Below are positions 38,841-47,957 of a DNA stretch of 64,000 nt, one piece after another (position 1 is the stretch's first letter; each line of letters starts with the position of its first letter). The translations under genes were made by a program, and so were the position numbers. The notes under the pieces were generated by a model. It was given only the letters and a program-made list of their open reading frames with translations, had not been told where the DNA came from and searched no databases. This DNA is from an uncultured Acidimicrobiales bacterium (lineage in GTDB: Bacteria > Actinomycetota > Acidimicrobiia > Acidimicrobiales > UBA10347): contig CAWUSE010000023.1 in NCBI GenBank assembly GCA_963925805.1, positions 1,098 to 65,097 of the forward strand, given 5' to 3'.

Positions 38841-40085
38841 CTAACTTCCTGGCGTCGGTGTCGGTGTGGGGGATAGCCCGGGTGTGATGGCAGCGTCGGG
38901 CGACAGCAGCGATTTATAGTCCAGCCGGGTGAGGCCCCGTGGGTCCTCGGGTTGGAACAGCAAGCTCAGTCCATTCTCGGTTGGCATGGGGATGAATACG
39001 CCTTCTACAGAGAACACGACCTGGTCGATCTCGATGAGTTCGGTCAGGGTGAAGACAATCTGAGCGGCGGCCAGCAGTCGCTCGATGCCATCGTCAGCAC
39101 GGGGAAGACTGGCCGTAGCTAGGTCAACAAAGGCAATGGTTATGGTCTTGGTGCTTTGAGTGGCTGCAGCATCAGAGATTAAAATTTCGTAGGTTTGGGT
39201 TTGCACGCTGTTCGCCAATGCATCTGGCGGAAGCGCTGATCGAATATTTCGCTCGCGTTCGGCCAGCGAAGCACCGCTGAGCAACCCAACAAGTAGTGCT
39301 TCCGGGTTGCGCTCAAGCTCTCGGGAGACCTTTATTAGCTGATCGACGTCGTTTAGCTTCCAGATTGCTTGCTCGAATCGCTGTGGCTGATCTGGGTCAG
39401 GAGTCGGCACCGGCGTCGGGATATCTGGCTCGAACTCGATCACTATTGTTGGGCCTGCTTCAGGTTTTAGTGACTCAAAGTTCGAACGGTCCACCCGCTG
39501 GCCAGGCGACGTCGTGCCCGTGTCTGTTTGGACCGGAATCTGTATAGCGTCGCGATCGGGTTCGGCCGGGTCGCTTTGAACGAACTGAACTGAGTCGATG
39601 TCTTTGAGCGAGGTCAGGGTGAAGACGATCTGGGCAAACGCCAACTTTTGTTCGCTGTTGCGGGCATCGAGGCTGCCAGGGGCGAGGTCCACTGTCGCTA
39701 AGCGAAACAGCGTGTTGATCTGGACGTCTTGGACTTCGGTTTCGCGCGTTATGGCCGTGGTGATGCTGTTGAGTGCTTCTTGCTGGAACGTACCGAGAAG
39801 CAGCGTGTCTAAGAGTTCTTGAGGGGAGTCACCGACCTCGCGGAGGACTCCTTCGAGCGTCCGGCCGTTGGATGAAACCATAAAAATTTGCTGGTCGCTG
39901 AGGAGCTTTCCAGCCCGGAGAGCTGGAACTGGAGCGGGCGTGGGCAATTGACCAGGCCGAAGATCCCTCGGCACATCTTGCAGGTTGAGTACCCGAGGCG
40001 TTTCGTCTCGCGGCAGGCCGCAAGCAGATAGAGCGAGCACCAGCGCGATCATTACACCAAATTGTCTCAGAATCGTTGTGTTCAT
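38841..40085 (-). CDS. lpqB: LpqB-like lipoprotein with GerMN-type repeats, last gene of the mtrAB operon.
   Basis: Lipobox LALSACG and two similar halves (..AQIVFTLT.L..ID.V.F..). Its position directly after mtrB, with a 4-nt overlap, matches the actinobacterial mtrA-mtrB-lpqB arrangement. It is shorter than mycobacterial LpqB. Confidence 0.7.
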   Translation of the reverse strand: MNTTILRQFGVMIALVLALSACGLPRDETPRVLNLQDVPRDLRPGQLPTPAPVPALRAGKLLSDQQIFMVSSNGRTLEGVLREVGDSPQELLDTLLLGTFQQEALNSITTAITRETEVQDVQINTLFRLATVDLAPGSLDARNSEQKLAFAQIVFTLTSLKDIDSVQFVQSDPAEPDRDAIQIPVQTDTGTTSPGQRVDRSNFESLKPEAGPTIVIEFEPDIPTPVPTPDPDQPQRFEQAIWKLNDVDQLIKVSRELERNPEALLVGLLSGASLAERERNIRSALPPDALANSVQTQTYEILISDAAATQSTKTITIAFVDLATASLPRADDGIERLLAAAQIVFTLTELIEIDQVVFSVEGVFIPMPTENGLSLLFQPEDPRGLTRLDYKSLLSPDAAITPGLSPTPTPTPGS

Positions 40086-41485
40086 TCGACAACGATCTTT
40101 GGAAGCGAAATAACGAAGCGCGAACCAGTTAAGCCATCAACCCGATTGGTGACCGAGATCGTGCCACCCTGTAGACGAAGGTGCTCGGTAACCAACGACA
40201 GTCCGAGGCCCACACCGGTGCCCGAGCCGCGTCGGCCGCCTTCGATTCCACGGGCAAAACGTTCGAAAATCAATTCGCGCTCTTCGACAGGCACGCCGGG
40301 GCCCTCGTCTTCGATCTCAATACGGACGTCATCGCCGTCATGGTGAAGCCGAATCTGAGTGACGCCGCCGGCGTACTTGTCGGCGTTCTCGCTTAGGTTG
40401 CGGATCACTTGGGCGATCCGACGCTTATCGAGTTCAACGAAGAGTTCATCAGTTCCATTGTTATGGATGATTGGCACGTTGCGTTCGCGGGCCACCGCAG
40501 CACCGATGGCCTGGCGGATGAATTCGCCCAGCGCTACTTCTTCGGTGTCGAGCTGCACCGCCCCGACATCGAACCGGCTGATCTCCAGCAAGTCTTCTAC
40601 CAGTACTTTGAAGCGCCCAATATTTGTCGACAGCAGGTCCAGGGCAACCTGTGCACGTTCGGGCATATCGTCGCGGCGCCCCTCAAGAACAGCGACCGAA
40701 CCGGTCAAGGCCATGAGCGGCGATCGCAGCTCATGGCTTACATCGCTAGCGAAGCGAGAATCTCGTTCGATTCGTTCTTGCAACGAGGTGGCCATGCCGT
40801 TGAACGACTGAATAAGTTGGTCAAGGTCCGGATCGCCTCGGGACGTAAGGCGCGTAGCCAAATCGCCACTAGCGATAAGCCTGGCGGCATGACTGATTTC
40901 ATCGATCGGCGTAAGCAGCCGCTTGGTGACATAGACGCCGAAAGCCATTCCGAGAACAGTGGTGATGGCTGATGCGCTCGCGAGGGTCGGCAAGAGCGAG
41001 TTCAACGCTTGTTCGACATTTTGGAGTGGGGCTGCCTGGATGTAATAGGCGTTTGCTTGCGCTCCGGGAAGAGGAAGCCCGATCACGTGATGCGGCTGGT
41101 CACCTATGTCGTAGGTCATGCTCGCTGACTTGCTAGCGAGGAGCGTTTCACGCAGGTTGTCGTTTAGGTCTTGGTCGGTGAATCGGAACGTATCGACGTA
41201 GTAGCCGCGATTGTCGAACAACATGCCCTGCAGCGTGTTTGTCGGAGTGATCACGCTGGTCATCAGAGGCACGAGTTCGGAGATGTCCGTCGAGTCTGAA
41301 AGCTCCCCATTAATCGACAATGCGTTGGTTCCAGCGTTACTCAACGCGTCCTTCTCGCTGGCCTCGATCAGGTTTGCTCGTGTCACCGAGTAGGTGACCA
41401 CAGAAAGCAGTGCAGACAGAAGGAGCGCCCCTATCGAGAACGCGATGATCACGCGAGCCCTAAGCCCTAGGCGTCGCTCGGTCAT
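40082..41485 (-). CDS. mtrB: Sensor histidine kinase, MtrB-like.
   Basis: Two TM segments, HAMP, H-box FASDVSHELRSPL, N-box NLSENADKY and G-boxes. Adjacent to the mtrA-like regulator. Confidence 0.85.
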   Translation of the reverse strand: MTERRLGLRARVIIAFSIGALLLSALLSVVTYSVTRANLIEASEKDALSNAGTNALSINGELSDSTDISELVPLMTSVITPTNTLQGMLFDNRGYYVDTFRFTDQDLNDNLRETLLASKSASMTYDIGDQPHHVIGLPLPGAQANAYYIQAAPLQNVEQALNSLLPTLASASAITTVLGMAFGVYVTKRLLTPIDEISHAARLIASGDLATRLTSRGDPDLDQLIQSFNGMATSLQERIERDSRFASDVSHELRSPLMALTGSVAVLEGRRDDMPERAQVALDLLSTNIGRFKVLVEDLLEISRFDVGAVQLDTEEVALGEFIRQAIGAAVARERNVPIIHNNGTDELFVELDKRRIAQVIRNLSENADKYAGGVTQIRLHHDGDDVRIEIEDEGPGVPVEERELIFERFARGIEGGRRGSGTGVGLGLSLVTEHLRLQGGTISVTNRVDGLTGSRFVISLPKIVVE

Positions 41486-41497
41486 GTCGTCAGCTGC

Positions 41498-42178
41498 CTA
41501 GGGAACGAGCTTGTAGCCGAGCCCTCGGACGGTGACCACATAACGTGGGTCGGCCGGGTCGGGTTCGATTTTGGTGCGGAGCCGACGCACGTGGACATCG
41601 ACCAGGCGCCCATCTCCGAAGTAGTCGTAGCCCCAGACCTTTTCGAGCAGCGTTTCGCGACTGAATACTTTGCTGGGGCCCGAAGCCAATTCGACGAGCA
41701 GCTTGAACTCGGTCTTGGTTAGGTGGACCTGTTCACCGCGCAGAGTGACAACGCCTTGCTCCGGGCTGACCTCGAGTTCACCAAAGGTCATTTGGACGGC
41801 ATCGCTGCCTTGAGACCGGGATCGACGCAGCAGAGCGCGGATACGGGCGCTGAGTTCTTTGGGTTCGAACGGCTTGGTCAAATAGTCATCGGCTCCGGCT
41901 TCGAGCCCAGCGACCACATCGTGGGTGTCGCTACGAGCAGTCACCATGATGATGGGCACATCGGTAGTGCGCCGGATCGAGCGACACACCTCGAAGCCAT
42001 TCATGCCGGGAAGCATGATGTCGATTAGAACAACATCGGCACCCTTGTCGCGAAAGATCACTAGAGCGTCTTCACCATTGCTGGCCTCGAGCACACCCCA
42101 TCCCTCGTCTTCGAGCGCAAGTTTGACGACAGTGCGAATCGAATCGTCGTCTTCGACGGTAAGTACTTGTGTTGCCAC
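41498..42178 (-). CDS. mtrA: OmpR-family response regulator, MtrA-like.
   Basis: Receiver domain (DD...D..LPGMNG...KP) plus a winged-helix C-terminus (LT.TEF.LL..L......V.SRE.LL..VWGYDY..D.R.VDVHV.RLR.K). Confidence 0.9.
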   Translation of the reverse strand: MATQVLTVEDDDSIRTVVKLALEDEGWGVLEASNGEDALVIFRDKGADVVLIDIMLPGMNGFEVCRSIRRTTDVPIIMVTARSDTHDVVAGLEAGADDYLTKPFEPKELSARIRALLRRSRSQGSDAVQMTFGELEVSPEQGVVTLRGEQVHLTKTEFKLLVELASGPSKVFSRETLLEKVWGYDYFGDGRLVDVHVRRLRTKIEPDPADPRYVVTVRGLGYKLVP

Positions 42179-42251
42179 GCTTCAATCGTGCCTGACGCGG
42201 CCACCGAAAGGGCGGCATTCGAGGGTGTTTCTGGTTTGCACCCGTTTGGCC

Positions 42252-43055
42252 TTAGACCTCGTCAGCGTTGTGGGCCCGAAGTAACGACACGAAGTTGTCG
42301 CTAATATTGGGTGCTGCTGCCAGCACGAACGCCCGATCTGATAGCGGATCGAGTTCGACGACGGTGAGTGCACCGGCCTCGGAGGCGATCAACACACCAG
42401 CCGCGTAATCCCACAGACTGAGCCCGACTTCGAAATAGGCGTCGAGTTGACCAGCTGCCACAGCAGAAAGATCAAGCGCAGCAGAACCCATACGACGAAT
42501 GTCGCGTATGTGCGGGATGAGCGCAGCAAAGGTCTGGCCTTGGCGGGCCCGACGTTCGTGATCAGGAGAAAATCCGGTTCCGACAAGGGCCTTGGACAAC
42601 GATGACGTGTTACGGCAAGAGATCGGGTCGCCGTTCATGGTGGCACCGTTGCCGAGTGCTGCGCTGTACTCCGTCGTGATAGCGGGGGCCACGACGCATC
42701 CAGCAACGACCTGGTCGCCGATGCGTGCGGCGATTGACACCGAAAATCCAGGCAGGCCATAGAAGAAGCTAGTGGTGCCGTCGATCGGGTCAACCAGCCA
42801 TTCGACACCTGACGTGCTGGGGATGCTTGCGCCTTCTTCGCCGATGATGCCGTCGTGAGGGCGGGCATCGAGCAGCAGCTGCGAAATGAGTTCCTCTGAC
42901 ACTCGGTCGACTTCGGTCACCAGATCGATGGTGGATGCTTTTGTATCGGTGTGGTGGACTTCGCCATGGTGTGAAAGAACCATCGCAGCGGCCTGACGGG
43001 CGGTTTTGCAGGCGAGCTCACGTAGCTGTTTGTGCAGCTCGCTGTCGAGGCTCAT
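42252..43055 (-). CDS. Inositol monophosphatase family protein (SuhB/ImpA/CysQ-like).
   Basis: Motifs DLVTEVD, WLVDPIDGT and the W/DYAAG region. Start set at MSLDSELH (ATG 43055); the upstream Arg-rich extension is rejected. Confidence 0.85.
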   Translation of the reverse strand: MSLDSELHKQLRELACKTARQAAAMVLSHHGEVHHTDTKASTIDLVTEVDRVSEELISQLLLDARPHDGIIGEEGASIPSTSGVEWLVDPIDGTTSFFYGLPGFSVSIAARIGDQVVAGCVVAPAITTEYSAALGNGATMNGDPISCRNTSSLSKALVGTGFSPDHERRARQGQTFAALIPHIRDIRRMGSAALDLSAVAAGQLDAYFEVGLSLWDYAAGVLIASEAGALTVVELDPLSDRAFVLAAAPNISDNFVSLLRAHNADEV

Positions 43056-43417
43056 GAATCGAGTTTCTTGCGCTCTCGTTCGGTTGTTGTCTGCCATTCG
43101 TCCATTGCGCGCAGCGAGAGCACCGCGACGATAGCGACGCCGACGGATGCGAATACAGCGCCGATGAGCAGGCCAATGCCCTTCCACGTTGTGCAATCGC
43201 CGGTGCACTGCATCTCGGCAAAGGAGTAGCCAATCATGGCGCCACACGCACCGCCGATGAGGATGACGATGACTGCAAGGGCTCGAGCTCGGCCACTTGG
43301 CAGCGCCGACGGCACCACTGTTGGCTGGGTCTGTTCATTGCTCGGCACAGCAGCCAGGGTAACGGTGAGCAATACTAAGATGGTGCAGGCATGGAGGGTT
43401 GCTTCGGGCATCATCAT
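43052..43417 (-). CDS. Small hypothetical membrane protein.
   Basis: Three hydrophobic segments. Its stop overlaps the IMPase start (ATGA). Start is uncertain between 43411 and 43417. Confidence 0.5.
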   Translation of the reverse strand: MMMPEATLHACTILVLLTVTLAAVPSNEQTQPTVVPSALPSGRARALAVIVILIGGACGAMIGYSFAEMQCTGDCTTWKGIGLLIGAVFASVGVAIVAVLSLRAMDEWQTTTERERKKLDS

Positions 43418-43919
43418 TGAACAACAGCAGCTGTTGCTGGTCCAGAACCAAAGGCGGAATGGTTCACTCGATTGGAGCACTCCAGGCGGGGTCGTCGACC
43501 CGGGTGAGCAGGTCCTTGAGGCACTCCAACGCGAGGTCGTTGAAGAGACATCGGTCGTCGTCGACGATTGGTCGCAGATGTTGTACAGCGTGGATGTTGA
43601 CTTCGTAGGTCGTGATATGACGTTGCATGCTCAGGTATTTCAGGCCACGGGCTATTCGGGCGATCTGCATGTCGAGGACCCCGATAATGTCGTTGTCGAC
43701 GGACGTTGGGTCAGCCATGAACAGGCGCACTCGTTGCTGGATTCCAGCCCGCCGTGGGTTCGCGAACCGTTGCAGCATCATGTTGCGCTGCTCTTTGCCG
43801 CACCCGGCCACGCCGCACAAGCCCCGAGTCGCTGGAAGTACCGAGTGACTGGAACGGGTCGCGACTTCCATAGCGAACTGCTTCTTTCTCCGACAATGCC
43901 AGAACCTGATGGCGCCTGA
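43380..43919 (+). CDS. NUDIX hydrolase.
   Basis: Nudix box GGVVDPGEQVLEALQREVVEETS. Start set at MVQAWRV. Confidence 0.8.
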   Translation: MVQAWRVASGIIIEQQQLLLVQNQRRNGSLDWSTPGGVVDPGEQVLEALQREVVEETSVVVDDWSQMLYSVDVDFVGRDMTLHAQVFQATGYSGDLHVEDPDNVVVDGRWVSHEQAHSLLDSSPPWVREPLQHHVALLFAAPGHAAQAPSRWKYRVTGTGRDFHSELLLSPTMPEPDGA

Positions 43920-45159
43920 ACGCACGATTTTGCATGTTGATATGGACGCTTTCTATGCGTCCGCAGAAATCATGCGACGACCTGAACTCCGCGGCTCGCC
44001 TGTAGTTGTCGGTGGAGCTGGTCGCCGTGGCGTTGTGGCGGCAGCCAGCTACGAGGCTCGCTTCTATGGCGTTCGGTCCGCAATGCCCTCGACTCAGGCT
44101 CTGCGGTTATGCCCGAACGCTGTTTTTCTAGATGCCGACCACGACTACTACCGCAAACTCAGTGTCCACATCATGGAGATCATGGCCCGATTCACGCCGC
44201 TGGTCGAGCCACTGTCGCTCGACGAGGCATTTCTCGATGTCACCTCGGGCCGTCGCCTGTTCGGTAGCGGAAGTGTCATTGCCGCCAAGCTACGCGCCAC
44301 GATCTTTGATGAGGTCGGGCTGTGGTGTTCAGCGGGCGTAGCTGCAACCAAGTTCGTTGCCAAGCTTGCGTCAGAACGCGCTAAGCCGAGCGCAAGTCGT
44401 GAGGGGCTAGTTCCCGGCGCAGGCGTGTTCGTAGTCGCTCCGGGACGAGAGCTCGAGTTCCTGCATCCGCTTCCGGCCCGAGCGCTGTGGGGCGTGGGTC
44501 CGGCCACTATGGCCAAGCTCGAACGACTAGGTATTTCGACGGTGGGCGATATCGCAGCTATGCCGGTTGAACGCATGATCTCAGTTGTAGGCAAGGCTTC
44601 TGGTTCCCATCTGCACAATCTGGCGAATGCGCGAGATAACCGGGTCGTCGAACCCGAACAACGGGCAAAGTCGATTAGTCAAGAGCAGACGTTTCAGTTC
44701 GACATACATGACCGACTCGACCTAGATCGTCACATCGTTCGTATGAGTGATGCGGTGGCGGGGCGACTCCGCAAGGTGGACCTGGTGGCTCGCACCGTGT
44801 CCATTAAGGTTCGTTTCGGCGATTTCAGTACGATCACCCGAAGCATGACACCGTCGAACCCGACCGACAGCGGGATGAGTATCAACCAGGTGGCTCAAGA
44901 GCTGTTGTCGAAGATTGATGTCAGTCGCGGGATCCGTCTATTGGGTGTTGGGGTGGCCGGGCTCGAAGAAGAACAACATCAGCAGCTCACACTCGACGAT
45001 GCCATGGGCGGGGAACCAAGCGCTGATTGGAAGCTCGCCGACGAGGCGATGGACGCAATTCGGCACAAATTTGGTACCGATTCAATCGGTCCTGCCGTGT
45101 TGGCCAAACCTGGGGAACGGCTTAAGACGCGTGAGAAGAACGAGAATCCCTGGGGTTGA
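43909..45159 (+). CDS. dinB: DNA polymerase IV (Y-family).
   Basis: ILHVDMDAFYASAE, PVVVGG, SLDEAFLDV, and the little-finger domain. Confidence 0.92.
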   Translation: MAPERTILHVDMDAFYASAEIMRRPELRGSPVVVGGAGRRGVVAAASYEARFYGVRSAMPSTQALRLCPNAVFLDADHDYYRKLSVHIMEIMARFTPLVEPLSLDEAFLDVTSGRRLFGSGSVIAAKLRATIFDEVGLWCSAGVAATKFVAKLASERAKPSASREGLVPGAGVFVVAPGRELEFLHPLPARALWGVGPATMAKLERLGISTVGDIAAMPVERMISVVGKASGSHLHNLANARDNRVVEPEQRAKSISQEQTFQFDIHDRLDLDRHIVRMSDAVAGRLRKVDLVARTVSIKVRFGDFSTITRSMTPSNPTDSGMSINQVAQELLSKIDVSRGIRLLGVGVAGLEEEQHQQLTLDDAMGGEPSADWKLADEAMDAIRHKFGTDSIGPAVLAKPGERLKTREKNENPWG

Positions 45160-45226
45160 CCAGCTTGTCAGCACCTTTTTGGGATTCCGCGTTGTCGAAC
45201 GACCGGAGCTGTGGAATGATGTTGTT

Positions 45227-45601
45227 GTGCCGCTATCGGAAAATGAGCAGCGAATTCTCAGCGAGATCGAAGAGAAACTCTACGAGACTGATCCGAGCCT
45301 TGCGAAAGAAGTCGGGTCGACCACTGTCTACACCGCGTCATTACGCAGTGTTCGCTGGGCAACAGCCGGCTTCGTTGCTGGTTTAGCCGTCATGGTCGTC
45401 ACACTCGCATCCAGTTTTTTGTTGGCGTTCGGCGGCTTCCTCGTCATGCTTGCTGCTGCTCTGGTGTTCGAGCGTGGCGCTCGTTCGTTGGGCAAGGTTG
45501 GCATTGACCAAATCGCTCAGCAGCTCCGGATTTCCGGCCGAGGTCCCTTTGCCGAACCGGCGCAACGTCTTCGCAATCGTCTCAAGGACGAAGAAGCGTA
45601 A
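45227..45601 (+). CDS. DUF3040-like membrane protein.
   Basis: GTG-PLSENEQRILSEIEEKLYETDPSLA followed by two TM segments. The longer listed ORF overlaps dinB and is rejected. Confidence 0.75.
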   Translation: MPLSENEQRILSEIEEKLYETDPSLAKEVGSTTVYTASLRSVRWATAGFVAGLAVMVVTLASSFLLAFGGFLVMLAAALVFERGARSLGKVGIDQIAQQLRISGRGPFAEPAQRLRNRLKDEEA

Positions 45602-45644
45602 ACGCTTTCTGGCGCCAGTCGTGGGTCGGGCTATGTTCCTAGAC

Positions 45645-46487
45645 ATGGCTGTTCTTGATAAAAATGAGGTAGATCAGTTTACGCGCGACGGATATGTGTC
45701 GACAGACGGGTTGTTGTCGGTCGACGAAGTCGACACATTTGGCGAGGCGATTGACAACGCTGTTGCCCGCCGGGTCGATGGTGACGATCGAGAGCTTGCC
45801 GCCAAGTCCGTCTATGAGCAGTCGTTCGTGCAATGTATGCGGCTATGGGAGACCGACGCCGACGTTGCGCCACTTACCTTCCATCCTCGATTAGCGGAGG
45901 CGGCGGCGCAATTACTTGGTGTCGAAGGGGTGCGTATTTGGCAAGATCAGGCGTTGTACAAGGAGCCAGGCGGCCGGATCACCGATGCACACCAAGATGC
46001 ACCGTTTTGGCCGATCGGTGATGCCCCGGTGGTATCAGCATGGATTCCCCTCGTTGGATCCACTATTGAGAACGGAGCGGTTGGCTACGTTCCCGGATCT
46101 CACAGACTCGGGAAACTCAAGACCGTCAACCTTCTTGAGGCCGACGAGGCCTATGACATTCTCGCTGACCCGGCAATGGGAGGCCGCCAACCGGTCTATG
46201 TCGAAGCCGCTAAGGGAGCAGTCGTCTGGCACCATGGCATGACCGTGCATGCAGCACTCGCTAATGCTTCTGGCGTGACCCGCCGGGCTTTCACCGTGGT
46301 CTACATCGCCGACGGTTGTCGACGAGCGGAGCCGTGGCCAAGTTTCCCGCTCGACCGTGCCGGTATCGCAGTCGGCGATGTGATGCAGGGCGAAGGTTTG
46401 CCACTGGTATGGCCTCGTGAGTCAACGAGGGTCCCAGACCCGCCAATGGTGACCGGTGCCCCAACGGGCCCGCAAGCGGGCCAATGA
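45645..46487 (+). CDS. Phytanoyl-CoA dioxygenase (PhyH) family protein.
   Basis: F.RDGY, HQDAPFWP (HxD) and WHHGMTVHAA motifs. Start set at MAVLDKNEV. Confidence 0.8.
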   Translation: MAVLDKNEVDQFTRDGYVSTDGLLSVDEVDTFGEAIDNAVARRVDGDDRELAAKSVYEQSFVQCMRLWETDADVAPLTFHPRLAEAAAQLLGVEGVRIWQDQALYKEPGGRITDAHQDAPFWPIGDAPVVSAWIPLVGSTIENGAVGYVPGSHRLGKLKTVNLLEADEAYDILADPAMGGRQPVYVEAAKGAVVWHHGMTVHAALANASGVTRRAFTVVYIADGCRRAEPWPSFPLDRAGIAVGDVMQGEGLPLVWPRESTRVPDPPMVTGAPTGPQAGQ

Positions 46488-47929
46488 CTGAAGTAGCCGT
46501 TGCTGCAAAGCGGCCAAATGTGGTTGTGCTTTTTCCCGACCAACTTCGGGCTGCGTCGCTTCCGCTATACGGAGAGACCTACATCGAGACGCCGAATATT
46601 GACCGTCTGGCAGCAGAAGGCGTTCAATTAACGAATGCGATCTCGAATTGTCCGGTTTGCACACCGGCAAGAGCGATGCTCGTTACCGGACGGCATCCGC
46701 AGACGACGGGACATCTGATCAACAGCACCCGGACCAGGCATTCTGAAATTTCGATTGCGGACGCATTCGCGCACGATGGCTACCGCACCGGATGGGTTGG
46801 CAAATGGCATCTACACACGGGCCTGTGGCCAGCGCTTGATCGGTTGCCAATGCAGCCCGATTGGGTGCCAGAAGGGCGCGATCGGCTCGGCTTCGATTAC
46901 TGGCGTGCCTACAACCAGCACATGGTGTATTTCGACGGATTCGTGCATAAGGGAGATTGGAACTACGAGCGTTGGGACGGCTACGAAACCGAGGGCCTGC
47001 TCAACTATGCGTTTGAGTTCATCGACGAACCTAGCGATGATCCGTTCTTACTGTTCTTGTCGCCGCATCCGCCTCACTACACCCCGGGCGAGTTTGCACC
47101 TGCCGAGTGCTACGACGGTTTGCCTGATCGTTTCGACTTCCCCGAGAATGTCGGGACCCGGTGGGGCGACGAGACCCACGAGATGTACCGGCATTACCTC
47201 GCCATGATCCGCGCTGTCGACACGATGGTCGGGAAGATGCTCGACCACCTCGACTCAACAGGCATGGCCGATAACACGATCGTGCTCTTGGCTTCAGATC
47301 ATGGCACACAGGGAGGTGCTCATGATGTGCACCCATGGCTTAAGAAACACCCGTACGAAGAGTCCATTCATGTGCCTGGTGTCATGCGTTACCCCGGCGT
47401 GATCGATGCTGGCTTGGTGACTGATGAACTCTTCGGTATGCCCGACTTCTTTCCAACACTCTGTGGCTTAGCCGGTGTCCCGGTTCCTCAGAGCGTTGAG
47501 GGTCGCGACTTGTCTGGTTGTCTTCGCCCGAGCCCAGCAGGGGTACCCCAGCCGCCGACACAAGATGCGTTGCTGCTGATGAACTTTTCGAAGTACTACG
47601 ACTGGTTTGTTGATGGCGCTGAATGGCGAGGCGTGAGAACCAAAACTGCGATGTATACCGAATGGCTTAATGGTCGCGTCGACATGTTTGATCTGACCAA
47701 CGACCCACTGCAGATGCATAATTTGGCTGACGACGCCGGTTATCGGAGTCAGCGCCGTGATCTGAGCGCAGCGCTACGGGACCTTCAAGTCGAACGGGGC
47801 GACGAACTTGTGGCCTGCACTGATTGGAAGGATTGGCTCGACTCGCAACGACGCGTTGTTCGTAATGCGTTTGGTGAGCTGAGCCATCCGGAATCGGAAC
47901 CGGATTGGTCACTGCTGGGACACAGGTAG
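46484..47929 (+). CDS. Formylglycine-dependent sulfatase (arylsulfatase family).
   Basis: PNVVVLFPDQ, CPVCTPARAMLVTGRHP (C-x-P-x-R) and SDHG motifs. 4-nt overlap with the PhyH gene. Confidence 0.88.
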   Translation: MTEVAVAAKRPNVVVLFPDQLRAASLPLYGETYIETPNIDRLAAEGVQLTNAISNCPVCTPARAMLVTGRHPQTTGHLINSTRTRHSEISIADAFAHDGYRTGWVGKWHLHTGLWPALDRLPMQPDWVPEGRDRLGFDYWRAYNQHMVYFDGFVHKGDWNYERWDGYETEGLLNYAFEFIDEPSDDPFLLFLSPHPPHYTPGEFAPAECYDGLPDRFDFPENVGTRWGDETHEMYRHYLAMIRAVDTMVGKMLDHLDSTGMADNTIVLLASDHGTQGGAHDVHPWLKKHPYEESIHVPGVMRYPGVIDAGLVTDELFGMPDFFPTLCGLAGVPVPQSVEGRDLSGCLRPSPAGVPQPPTQDALLLMNFSKYYDWFVDGAEWRGVRTKTAMYTEWLNGRVDMFDLTNDPLQMHNLADDAGYRSQRRDLSAALRDLQVERGDELVACTDWKDWLDSQRRVVRNAFGELSHPESEPDWSLLGHR

Positions 47930-47957
47930 ATCGAGCCGGGGTGGACACTGGCCTCGG

